NCBI GenBank assembly: GCA_965200975.1
Contig: OZ241740.1
Location: 1,346,636 to 1,410,635, forward strand
Source of the DNA: Dehalococcoidia bacterium
GTDB lineage: Bacteria > Chloroflexota > Dehalococcoidia > Lucifugimonadales > Australimonadaceae
Direction: 5' to 3'
DNA: 64,000 nt
Every line of letters begins with the position of its first letter. The first letter of the stretch is position 1. The translations under genes were made by a program, and so were the position numbers. This document shows, piece by piece, positions 9,208-17,975 of the stretch. Below the pieces are notes generated by a model. The model searched no databases. It had not been told where the DNA came from and saw only the letters and a list, made by a program, of their open reading frames with translations.

Positions 9208-10073
9208 CGGGCGGTCGCAGCCCAGTTGTCGCCGCTGTCGGCAGGCCGCGGGCCCCACTTCCCCGCCTCTACCTGCGCAAGGAACTCGCTCAGAGCGGCG
9301 TTGAACGCGGCGGGCTCTTCCAGATTGCATGCGTGCCCGGTGTGCGGCAGCACAACAAGTCCGCAGCGGGGAACAGTGCGCCGGAGGAAGAGCGACGGCT
9401 CGAGGCAAGGGTCGTCCTCGTCGCCGCAGATAACCAGAAGAGGGAGCTCCATTGCGGCGAAGTCGCGCTCGCGCGTGTAGATGCTTGGGCGCCGTCCCTG
9501 GAATCCGCGCAACGTATTGGCCGAGCCCTGGGGAGAGTGCGCGAGGAAGAGCTGGGCGAACCGCTCCCAGCCGCCCGGATCCTTTTCGCGGAACCGTATG
9601 CGCGTTGAGCCGGAGAGGTACGCCTCCATGCCGCTCATGCCGCCGGCCTCGAGCAGGGCGGCGCGCTCCTCCGACTCCTTCAGGAAGAGATCGGGGTCGG
9701 CGCTCCCTGTCCCGATCCCTGCTGCAGTGACGCTGAGGCAGCGCTCCGGGTGGGCGAGCCCGAACTGCGCCGCGGTGTACGCGCCCATCGACAGCCCGCA
9801 AATGTGGGCCTTGTCGATGCCGAGGTGGTCGAGCAGCTCCAGCAGCACCTGCGTTTGCCGGTCGTACGCGTAAACGCGCCAGTCGTCCGGAACGGCGGAG
9901 GGCGGATAGCCTTTGGCGTTGTAGGCCACAACGCGGAAGCGGCGCGAGAAGTAGCTCATCTGCGCGTCCCAGCTCTCCATGCTGCCGGCGAACTCATGAC
10001 AGAAGACGAGCGGCGCGCTGTCGCCCATCTCCGTGTATGCGATGGCCGCCTCGTCCAGTATGGCGTAGGGCAT
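9204..10073 (-). CDS. alpha/beta hydrolase
   Basis: 289 aa with nucleophile elbow GLSMG and an HGxxxx-type N-terminal oxyanion region (LVFCHEFAGS). Confidence 0.75.
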   Translation of the reverse strand: MPYAILDEAAIAYTEMGDSAPLVFCHEFAGSMESWDAQMSYFSRRFRVVAYNAKGYPPSAVPDDWRVYAYDRQTQVLLELLDHLGIDKAHICGLSMGAYTAAQFGLAHPERCLSVTAAGIGTGSADPDLFLKESEERAALLEAGGMSGMEAYLSGSTRIRFREKDPGGWERFAQLFLAHSPQGSANTLRGFQGRRPSIYTRERDFAAMELPLLVICGDEDDPCLEPSLFLRRTVPRCGLVVLPHTGHACNLEEPAAFNAALSEFLAQVEAGKWGPRPADSGDNWAATAR

Positions 10074-10179
10074 GCGAAATCTCCCTTCATCTCCCTCTCA
10101 GGCTAGCCGCGATTCTATCGCGCTAGTGCGATACTGTGGGCCTAAGGTTCCGCGAGGATACGCCTACGGAGACGAATGC

Positions 10180-11547
10180 ATGGCTACGACGAACTACGGA
10201 CTCATCCGCACGGTGCAAGTACGCAACGACAACGTGCCTGGCGTGCTTGGCGCGCTCGCTACCGCTATCGGCGGCGCAGGCGCCAACATTGGCAACATTC
10301 AGACTGTCCACATCGGCCAGAACCAGGTGCTGCGCGACATCGACATCTACGTAGAGGACCAGGCCCATCTGGTGGAAGTGCTGCAGGCCGTCTCTCGCGT
10401 TGCCGGCGTCCGCGTGACCGAGACTCGCGACGACGTGATGGACCTTCATCAGGGCGGCAAGATCGAGATAGTCAGCCGCCATCCGGTGGAGAGCGTTGCT
10501 ATGCTCCGCAAGGTCTACACCCCCGGCGTGGCGGAGGTCTGCCGAGCTATCGTCGGCGACCCTGCGCTTGCAAAGCGGTTCACGTCCATAGGCAACACAG
10601 TCGCCATTATCACCGACGGCACAGCCGTGCTCGGGCTCGGCAACGTCGGCTTGCCCGCGGCTATGCCCGTAATGGAGGGCAAAGCCGCCCTGCTGCAGCA
10701 GTTCGGCGGCATCAACGGCGCCCCTCTCCTGATAGACGCTTCCGACCCGGACGAGTTCATCCGGGCCGTCGTCAGCGTCGCCCCCACCTATAGCGGCATT
10801 CATCTGGAGGACATTGCGTCTCCGCACTGCTTCCAAATTGTCGACAGGTTGCGCGAGCAGCTGGCCATTCCTGTGATGCAGGACGATCAGGACGGCACTG
10901 CCGCGGTCGTGCTTGGCGCGGTGATGACGGCTATGCGGCTCACCGGGAAGAAGCTCGGCGATGTGACCATCGGCCAGATAGGCCTCGGAGCAGCCGGGCA
11001 GTCGATAGCTTCCTTGCTTATGCACGCGACCGACCGCCCTGTACTGGGCGCCGACCTCAATGAGGACTGCCTGGCGCGCCACGCGCAGCTGGGAGGGCGG
11101 GAGGCGTCGCTCGAGGAGATTATGGCGACGGCGGACGTCGTCATCGCCACTACAGGCGCGCCCGGGCTCATACGCAGCGAGATGGTGCGCGATGGGCAGG
11201 TCGTGTTCGCCCTCTCGAACCCGGACAGCGAAATCTTGCCGGCTGCCGCGCTCGAGGCTGGCGCCGCTCTTGCGGCGGATGGGACTTCCGTCAATAACGT
11301 GCTTGGCTATCCGGGCATATGGAGCGGCGCGCTCGGCGTCCGCGCGACGGAGATCAACCGCGCTATGCTGATTGCAGTCGGCGAGACGCTGGCGGACGCG
11401 GCCGCTCCCGGCGAGCTAAGCCCGAGCCCTCTCGATATAACGCTGCACCGCCGTATCGCCTACGCTGTCGGGAAGGCTGCAGTTGAGAGCGGGGTAGGCG
11501 AGCCCGACGGACTGGGACGGCTCGAGTTTGTGGGCGGCGCGCCCTAG
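10180..11547 (+). CDS. NAD(P)-dependent malic enzyme with N-terminal ACT-like domain
   Basis: The ATG 10180 start (MATTNYG..) is in frame with the 10072 ORF. ACT-like ~75 aa, then VYTPGVAEVC, ITDGTAVLGLGNVG, PVMEGKAALL, GIHLEDI, DDQDGTAAVVL. Confidence 0.8.
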   Translation: MATTNYGLIRTVQVRNDNVPGVLGALATAIGGAGANIGNIQTVHIGQNQVLRDIDIYVEDQAHLVEVLQAVSRVAGVRVTETRDDVMDLHQGGKIEIVSRHPVESVAMLRKVYTPGVAEVCRAIVGDPALAKRFTSIGNTVAIITDGTAVLGLGNVGLPAAMPVMEGKAALLQQFGGINGAPLLIDASDPDEFIRAVVSVAPTYSGIHLEDIASPHCFQIVDRLREQLAIPVMQDDQDGTAAVVLGAVMTAMRLTGKKLGDVTIGQIGLGAAGQSIASLLMHATDRPVLGADLNEDCLARHAQLGGREASLEEIMATADVVIATTGAPGLIRSEMVRDGQVVFALSNPDSEILPAAALEAGAALAADGTSVNNVLGYPGIWSGALGVRATEINRAMLIAVGETLADAAAPGELSPSPLDITLHRRIAYAVGKAAVESGVGEPDGLGRLEFVGGAP

Positions 11548-12542
11548 AAATCCTCGTCGAGGGAGACTTCGCCGGAAACGGCTGACTGGTAGGCGGAGAC
11601 GCGACGCTCGAAGAAGTTCGACAGCTCCTGCACGTCCTGCAGTTCCATGAACGTGAGCGGGTTGCGCGACCCGAAGTGCTTGGGCATATCGAGGTTCACC
11701 AGGCGCTGGTCGGCCACATACTCGAGGTACTGACGCACTTCGGAGACGGTGAGCCCCACCACGCCGCCCTGCAGCAGATCTTCAGCGAACTGCGTCTCGC
11801 AGTCGACGGCCTCCTCCAGCATGCGGACGACCTGCTGCTTCATGCGCTCGTCGAAGAGCTCGGGGTACTCCTCGCGCACATGCTTCACGACGCCCAGAGC
11901 GAAGAGCATATGCTGCGATTCGTCGCGGAACACCCAGTTGGTGCCTGAGGCCAGCCCGTTCAGCAGCCCCTTGTAGCGCATGAAATATACGTAGGCGAAC
12001 GCGGCGTAGAAGAAGAGTCCTTCGATGCAGGTGGCGAAGCAGATGAGGTTCAGCAGGAACTGCCGCTTCTCCTCCATTGTGTCGAGAGTGTCGAGGCTAT
12101 GGATGGAGTCCATCCACTTGAACCCGAAGTCCGCCTTCTTCTTGATAGAGGGGATCGTGTCGATGGCGCGGAACATTGCGTGCCGCTCCTCGATATCCGG
12201 TATGTACGTGTCGAGCAGCGTCAGGTAGAACTGCACATGGAGCGCTTCCTCGAAGAGCTGCCGCGAGAGGTACAGCCGCGCCTCGGGCGAGTTAATGTGT
12301 TTGTACAGGTTAAGCACCAGATTATTCGCGACGATCGAATCGCCGGTGGCGAAGAACGCCACCAGGCGGCTGATCAGGTGGCGCTCAGGCTCCGTCAGCC
12401 GCGCGATCAGGTCTTTGACGTCGTCTGAGAAGTCGACCTCGTCGACCGTCCACGTGTTGCGTATCCCGTTCTTGTACATCTCGTAGAAGTCCGGGTACTG
12501 CATAGGCCGGAGCGTCAGGTTCAATCCGGGTTCGAGAATCAT
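11544..12542 (-). CDS. nrdB: ribonucleotide reductase class Ia beta subunit
   Basis: FATGDSIVANNL, FEEALHVQFY (ExxH with Tyr at the radical position), EGLFFYAAFA, FRDESQHM. ATG 12542 (MILEPGL..) is preferred over the TTG at 12632, whose extra 30 aa look non-conserved. Confidence 0.85.
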   Translation of the reverse strand: MILEPGLNLTLRPMQYPDFYEMYKNGIRNTWTVDEVDFSDDVKDLIARLTEPERHLISRLVAFFATGDSIVANNLVLNLYKHINSPEARLYLSRQLFEEALHVQFYLTLLDTYIPDIEERHAMFRAIDTIPSIKKKADFGFKWMDSIHSLDTLDTMEEKRQFLLNLICFATCIEGLFFYAAFAYVYFMRYKGLLNGLASGTNWVFRDESQHMLFALGVVKHVREEYPELFDERMKQQVVRMLEEAVDCETQFAEDLLQGGVVGLTVSEVRQYLEYVADQRLVNLDMPKHFGSRNPLTFMELQDVQELSNFFERRVSAYQSAVSGEVSLDEDF

Positions 12543-12693
12543 CGCCGCCTGCTCGTATTCGATTTCATAGCTGTTCGCTGTCGGAAAGGCCCGCCGCCTC
12601 GGACGAGGAACCAGCGCGGGGGAGGGGGACAAGACAAGCGTTCGCGCGCCCCGGCGAGCCGTCGCCGGGACGCGCGCGTAGGGTTTTCGGGGG

Positions 12694-15099
12694 TTACTGG
12701 CAGGCCTCGCAGCTCTCGGGATTCTCCAGCGAGCAGGCGATGGCCTCCTCGTCGGTGTACTCCCGTGCTGCTTCGGCGGACGTCGTCGTCTGCAGGATGC
12801 GGGTGGCGGGACGCGACCGCAGGTAGTACGTGGTCTTCAGGCCGGACTTCCAAGCGTAATTGTACATCGACGACAGCTTGCCGATGGTCGGCGACGCCAT
12901 AAAGAGGCTGAGCGACTGGCTCTGGTCGATGTACGGCCCGCGCGCCACGGCCATATCGATGAGCGCGCGCTGCGGCAAGTCCCACGCTGTCTGGTAGAGC
13001 TCCCGGATATCCGGCGGGATCTCCATGATGTGCTGAATGGAGCCGTCGCCCATCTTGATCTGGTTGCGGATGCTGTCGGTCCAGAGGCCGCGCGCCTTCA
13101 GGTCGGCGACCAGGTAGTTGTTGATCTGGAGGAACTCTCCGGACAGCGTCTCGCGCTTGAACAGGTTCGACACTTGCGGCTCAATGCACTCGTACGCCCC
13201 GGAGATTGACGCTATCGTCGCGGTAGGAGCGATTGCGATGAGGAGCGAGTTGCGGAGCCCGTAGCGCTGTATGCGCTCCTTCAGCTCCGGCCATTCGGGC
13301 TTGGTCGGCGCGACGCCCCAGAGGTCGAACTGCAGGTCGTTCTGCGCCGCCCGCGTGTCGCTGAACGTCTCGTGCGCGCCGTGGGCCTGTGCGAGCTCGT
13401 TCGATTCGTCGAGCGCGGCGAAGTAGATCTCCTCCTGAATGCGGCCCGAGAGTTTGACCGCTTCCGGGCAGCCGAACGGCAGGCGCATCTTGAAGAGCGC
13501 ATCCTGCAAGCCCATCACTCCAAGCCCCACCGGGCGCCACTTGCTGTTCGAGCGGGAGGCGGCGTCCGTAGGGTAGTAGTTGATGTCCACCACACGGTCG
13601 AGGTAGCGCACTGCGGTGCGAGCGACCTCGCCGAGGCGTTCATAGTCGAACTCGCCGCTGTCGTTCACAAAGTGGCTCAGATTGATGGAGCCGAGGTTGC
13701 AGACCGCGGTCTCGTCGTTGTTCGTCACCTCGAGGATTTCGGTGCACAGGTTCGAGAGGTGTATGACATTCTCGCGGCGGAGCGTCTGATTGGACGTGCG
13801 GTTCGCCGTGTCCTTGAACGTCATCCAGCCGTTGCCGGTCTGGGCCAGCGTGCGCATCATGCGTCCGTAGAGATCCCGGGCAAGGACCTGGCGCTCGTAG
13901 CGGCCCTCGGACTCCGCTTGCGTGTAGAGCCGCTCGAACTCTTCGCCGTAGACGTCGACCAGCTCCGGCGTGGCCTTGGGGTCGAAGAGCGACCAGACGC
14001 CGTCCCCCTCCACGCGTTTCATAAAGAGGTCGGGTATCCAGTTGGCGATGTTGAGGTTGTGCGCGCGGCGCGCCTCGTCGCCGGTGTTCCCCCGCATCTC
14101 GAGGAAGTCTTCGATATCGGCGTGCCAGGCCTCCACGTAGACGCAGGCTGCGCCCTTCCGTTTCCCGCCCTGGTTCACTGCGGCTACCGAGGAGTCGAGC
14201 GTCTTCAGCCAGGGGATAATGCCGTTGGACACCCCGTTGGTGCCGACGATAAGCGATCCCTGCGAGCGCACCCGCGAGAACGACACGCCGATGCCGCCGG
14301 CGAACTTCGACAGCTTCGCGATGTCGGTGTAGCGGTTGTAGATCGCTTCCAAGTCGTCCTGCGGCGAGTCGAGGATGTAGCAGGACGACATCTGCGGGCG
14401 CCGCGTCCCCGAGTTGAACAGGGTAGGGGAACTTGGCATGTAGTCGAGGTTCGACATCAGCCGGTAGAGGTCGATCGCTTCACCGGGGCTCTCGGCGAGC
14501 CCGCACGCCACCCGCAGGAAGAAGTACTGCGGCGACTCTACGGAGAGACGGCTCTCGGGGTGCTTCAGGAGGTAGCGGTCGTACAGCGTGCGAATGCCGA
14601 AGTACTCGAACTTCAGGTTGGCGTCGGCGTCGATGGCGTCGTTGAGCTTTCGAGAGTTCTGAGCGACGAACTCCGCCACGTGGTCGGCGATCAGCCCCAG
14701 CTCGTGCCCGGTCCGCACCGACTGCGAGAACGAGTGGATGTCCTGGTTCTGTACTTCCTTGTCGATGTAGACGCTGAGCAAGCGGGCTGCGAGCTTGGAG
14801 TACTCCGGCTCCTCCGCGATTAGCGAGGCGGCAGTCCGTATGGAGAGTTCGTCGAGCTCGCGGGTCGTCGCGCCGTCGTACAGGCCGCTGATCGTTCGTG
14901 TGGCTACGCGAAGAGGGTCGATGCTGCCCAAGCCTCCGGCAGAGCGCTCAACCGCGCGCACGATTTTCATCACATCGGCGGTCTCAAGGCTGCCGTTGCG
15001 CTTGCGGACGCGCATCGTGTTCGGCGGCGCGTCCATGCCGGATGGGCTCTCTCCCGATCCAAGGGAGTTGACCTTATCCGAGGCAGGCGTGTACGTCAT
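12694..15099 (-). CDS. nrdA: ribonucleotide reductase class Ia alpha subunit
   Basis: 801 aa. ATP-cone (VRKRNGSLETADVMKIV), NLCTEI active-site loop, C-terminal redox tail CSLENPESCEACQ. GGAGGGG precedes the ATG. Confidence 0.9.
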   Translation of the reverse strand: MTYTPASDKVNSLGSGESPSGMDAPPNTMRVRKRNGSLETADVMKIVRAVERSAGGLGSIDPLRVATRTISGLYDGATTRELDELSIRTAASLIAEEPEYSKLAARLLSVYIDKEVQNQDIHSFSQSVRTGHELGLIADHVAEFVAQNSRKLNDAIDADANLKFEYFGIRTLYDRYLLKHPESRLSVESPQYFFLRVACGLAESPGEAIDLYRLMSNLDYMPSSPTLFNSGTRRPQMSSCYILDSPQDDLEAIYNRYTDIAKLSKFAGGIGVSFSRVRSQGSLIVGTNGVSNGIIPWLKTLDSSVAAVNQGGKRKGAACVYVEAWHADIEDFLEMRGNTGDEARRAHNLNIANWIPDLFMKRVEGDGVWSLFDPKATPELVDVYGEEFERLYTQAESEGRYERQVLARDLYGRMMRTLAQTGNGWMTFKDTANRTSNQTLRRENVIHLSNLCTEILEVTNNDETAVCNLGSINLSHFVNDSGEFDYERLGEVARTAVRYLDRVVDINYYPTDAASRSNSKWRPVGLGVMGLQDALFKMRLPFGCPEAVKLSGRIQEEIYFAALDESNELAQAHGAHETFSDTRAAQNDLQFDLWGVAPTKPEWPELKERIQRYGLRNSLLIAIAPTATIASISGAYECIEPQVSNLFKRETLSGEFLQINNYLVADLKARGLWTDSIRNQIKMGDGSIQHIMEIPPDIRELYQTAWDLPQRALIDMAVARGPYIDQSQSLSLFMASPTIGKLSSMYNYAWKSGLKTTYYLRSRPATRILQTTTSAEAAREYTDEEAIACSLENPESCEACQ

Positions 15100-15203
15100 C
15101 GATACCCCTCCAGGAGATGCCTCCGATCGCCTCTCGGGCAGGCGGTAGAGACAGGTTCATTCTATCAGAGAGAGCGCTGCAGCGGCCGCAGGAACCCCGC
15201 AGT

Positions 15204-15252
15204 GGGATACCATATAACGGACGATGTTGCAATGCTACCCCATATCTTGTAG
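15204..15252. promoter_or_regulatory. candidate tandem NrdR-type boxes in the AT-rich nrdAB leader
   Basis: Two ATAT-centred segments (..ATACCATATAACGG.. and ..ACCCCATATCTTGTAG..), centres 30 bp apart, 105-150 nt upstream of nrdA. By my own alignment they match only ~9/16 and ~11/16 of the remembered consensus acaCwAtATaTwGtgt. Confidence 0.3.
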
Positions 15253-15431
15253 TCGGCTGATTTTTAGTCACAACCCAAGTTCGGGCGAGTCGCCCCGGCG
15301 CCAAGGCCTGACGCGTCGCTCGTTCGCGGGACGTCCATCACCGCGCAACGGGCTTTGTCTGCGCTGCCGCCAACAAGAGGAAGCGAAGGGGAAGGGAAGG
15401 AGGAGTCCGACGTTGGGAGCGAGATCGGGCG

Positions 15432-16514
15432 CTACGGCTTGGCGTCGCGCTGCTGCCTTGCCGTCGGGAGGGCAGGTTTCTCGAACGCGATTTGCAGGTC
15501 CTGCGTGGTGCGCGTGAGGAATCCTGCCTCGCAGGCGGCGAGGTAGTAGTCCCATGTGCGGGTGAACCACTCGCCGTAACCGAGGCTTCGCACTTCGTCG
15601 ATACGGCGCCAAAAGTTCTCCCGCCATTCGTGGAGCGTCGTCGCGTAGTGAAGCCCGATGTCCCGCGCGTCGGTGACTGCGAGGCCGGTGCGGCGATTCG
15701 AACGCTCCATCTCGGCCAGCGAGGGGAGCACTCCGCCAGGGAAGATATGCTTCTGCACCCAATTAACGCCGCTACGCTGCGCTTCGAAGTTCCGGTCGGG
15801 CACCGTGATCACCTGCATCGCGAGCCTGCCGCCGGGGCGGAGCAGTTCCGCGCTCTTGAGGAAGAACGTCTCGAAGAACTCTGCTCCCACGGCCTCGAAC
15901 ATCTCGATCGACACGATTTTGTCGTACGTCCCGGCGACGTCCCGGTAGTCGCTGAACCGCACTTCCACCAGGCTGTCGAGCCCGGCCTGCTTCACCCGCT
16001 CCGAGGCGAGAGCGAACTGCTCTTGCGAAATGGTTACTGTGGTCACGCGGCAGCCGTACTGCTGCGCCGCGTACATCGCGAAACCTCCCCAGCCGGTGCC
16101 GACCTCGAGCAGATGGTCGCGCTCCGTCAGGCCGGCGAGCTCGCAGACATGCCGGTACTTGTTCCGCTGGGCGTCGGCGAGGGATTGCCCTTCATACTCG
16201 TAGATAGCGCTCGAATAGGTGAGCGTTTCGTCGAGGAAGAGGCTGAAGAATGCGTTGCCGAGGTCGTAGTGGGCGTGAATGTTGTCCTTGCTCTGCGCGA
16301 TAGTGTTCGCCCGCGAGCGGTGGATGCGGAGGTTGCTCCGCTTCGTCACGAGCCGGAGCACGCCGCTGTTCAGGTCGACGGCCTGCCGGTTCACGAGAGC
16401 GAGCCGGAGAAGCTCCACGAGGTCGGGCGAGTCGCAGAGCCCTGCCTGGTACGCTTCTCCGAAGCCAATCTCGCCCCCGCTCATCACGCATCGGTAGAAG
16501 GAGTCGTTGCGCAC
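15432..16514 (-). CDS. cyclopropane-fatty-acyl-phospholipid synthase-like SAM methyltransferase (true start probably upstream, see findings)
   Basis: HYDLGNAFF, LLEVGTGWGG (SAM motif I), EMFEAVG. The conserved N-terminal region continues in frame upstream of the GTG at 16514 without a canonical start. Confidence 0.8.
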   Translation of the reverse strand: MRNDSFYRCVMSGGEIGFGEAYQAGLCDSPDLVELLRLALVNRQAVDLNSGVLRLVTKRSNLRIHRSRANTIAQSKDNIHAHYDLGNAFFSLFLDETLTYSSAIYEYEGQSLADAQRNKYRHVCELAGLTERDHLLEVGTGWGGFAMYAAQQYGCRVTTVTISQEQFALASERVKQAGLDSLVEVRFSDYRDVAGTYDKIVSIEMFEAVGAEFFETFFLKSAELLRPGGRLAMQVITVPDRNFEAQRSGVNWVQKHIFPGGVLPSLAEMERSNRRTGLAVTDARDIGLHYATTLHEWRENFWRRIDEVRSLGYGEWFTRTWDYYLAACEAGFLTRTTQDLQIAFEKPALPTARQQRDAKP

Positions 16515-16717
16515 GAGCAGGACGCCTTCCGGCCCCGGCGCCTCGCCGTGGACGATGCGGGACTCGCTTTCGGGCGTTACGACGCGCAGCGTCCCTATCT
16601 TGAGCTTCCCTACGGTTGCAAAGAAGGCGCGCCGGGCGATCTGGTCGGCGGCGGATGCGCCGAAGGACTTGGCCGCTCGCCCGAGTCGGCGCCCGGATTC
16701 GGTCGGGCGAGCCAGGG

Positions 16718-17803
16718 CTAGACCTCGCCGATGATATCGTTCGTGTGGATGCGGCTCGCCACCATGTCTCTCATCCGCGAGCGGAACGCCTCATACAGAC
16801 GCGGAGGCAGGCTTACGGGGGCGGCCTGGCTCACGCCTTCCGGGCGCGGGATGCCGAACCTGTCGAGCACAGCCTCCCCGACGAGCCCGTAGCCTGGTCC
16901 GCCGATGAGGTTGAGCACGCGCCGCGCTCCGCTCAGCGGCACGGGGCCGACACGGATATTGCGCCGAGCCGCGAGGTCTACGAACAGGCGGCCTGTCCGC
17001 TTCGTCGTGCCGGCCACCTCATGGAAGTTGCGCACGAGGTCGCGGGCGACGCGGGCGAAGTCCATATTCACCTTGCCCATCCACTCCAGCGCTCGGGAGC
17101 CGAGGTGCGGCGCCAAGCTGGTGCCCGGCATCTGAAACGTCAGGATGGTGTCCGCCACCATCCCCAGCATCTCCGGGTTCTCCTCCACTTGCAGCGCGGT
17201 CATTTCGCGGTACCACACCGTGTGGAGCGTCTCGCGGCGCTTCACGGAGGAGACGCTGCGGGCCGCATACGGCGCTTCCGTGCGGAGGATCCGGCTGATC
17301 ATCCCGTGCCAGTTGTCGGTGAGGTATTCCTGAATGACGCCGTAGGCGGTGAGCTCCACGGGCGTGAAGCCGCAGCAGTGCGCATAGTGCCGCTCCTGCA
17401 CTTCACGCATCTCGCCGAGCAGGTCTTCCTCCGAGTAGCCGAGGGAGAGCAGCATGTACTTGTATGGGGTGTAGTGGGTGTGTTCGTCGGGCGTCCAGAC
17501 GTTATCGTTGAAGCGGGCCAGCCACGGAGCGTCGAACCGCCGGGCACCTTCCTGAAACACCGCTGAATACGAGTCCGTCGCGCATTCCGTGAGCATCGCC
17601 AGTTTCAGGATCCCTACGAAGTCCTCTTCGCTCAGATCTTCCGGCAGGCTCTCCATCACAGCGCGGACATTCAGATCGCCGCAGGACTCGTGCATCTCCC
17701 GGGTGTCGACGAGCTGTCCCGGGTTTGCCTCGATCTGGCTGACCAGCGCTTCAAGCTTGGGGGCTGCGCCGGGCGGCAAGTAATAGCCGGTCGATGCGCT
17801 CAT
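16718..17803 (-). CDS. ferritin-like di-iron carboxylate protein, acyl-ACP desaturase-like
   Basis: 361 aa with E-x34-DEHTH and E-x32-RETLH, i.e. two E...ExxH pairs with the spacing of class I di-iron four-helix-bundle oxidases/desaturases. Confidence 0.5.
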   Translation of the reverse strand: MSASTGYYLPPGAAPKLEALVSQIEANPGQLVDTREMHESCGDLNVRAVMESLPEDLSEEDFVGILKLAMLTECATDSYSAVFQEGARRFDAPWLARFNDNVWTPDEHTHYTPYKYMLLSLGYSEEDLLGEMREVQERHYAHCCGFTPVELTAYGVIQEYLTDNWHGMISRILRTEAPYAARSVSSVKRRETLHTVWYREMTALQVEENPEMLGMVADTILTFQMPGTSLAPHLGSRALEWMGKVNMDFARVARDLVRNFHEVAGTTKRTGRLFVDLAARRNIRVGPVPLSGARRVLNLIGGPGYGLVGEAVLDRFGIPRPEGVSQAAPVSLPPRLYEAFRSRMRDMVASRIHTNDIIGEV

Positions 17804-17975
17804 ATCAGAGTGCTCCTCGTTATCGCGAGCGACATGGGAATTTCGTGAGATTCGTGAGAGAAGATTCTGCGAGTAGGAACGGGCGCGCCATTCCCTGCCT
17901 GATCCGCCGCATGCTTGACGTTATCAGCACTTAGGATAACCCATGATGATTCTACGCAAGCGCCCTCTGCGGTTG

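Noticed and set aside
15100-15431. Cobalamin riboswitch in the nrdAB leader.
   Set aside because: I found no B12-box-like core and none of the conserved GGTGAAA/GCCACTG elements on the coding strand. The leader is better explained by promoter or operator sequences.
16718-16793. Asserting a programmed ribosomal frameshift that fuses the desaturase-like and CFAS-like proteins.
   Set aside because: I saw no slippery heptamer or stimulatory structure in the 16721-16790 overlap. Non-canonical initiation or an indel is at least as likely, so it is reported only as one alternative.
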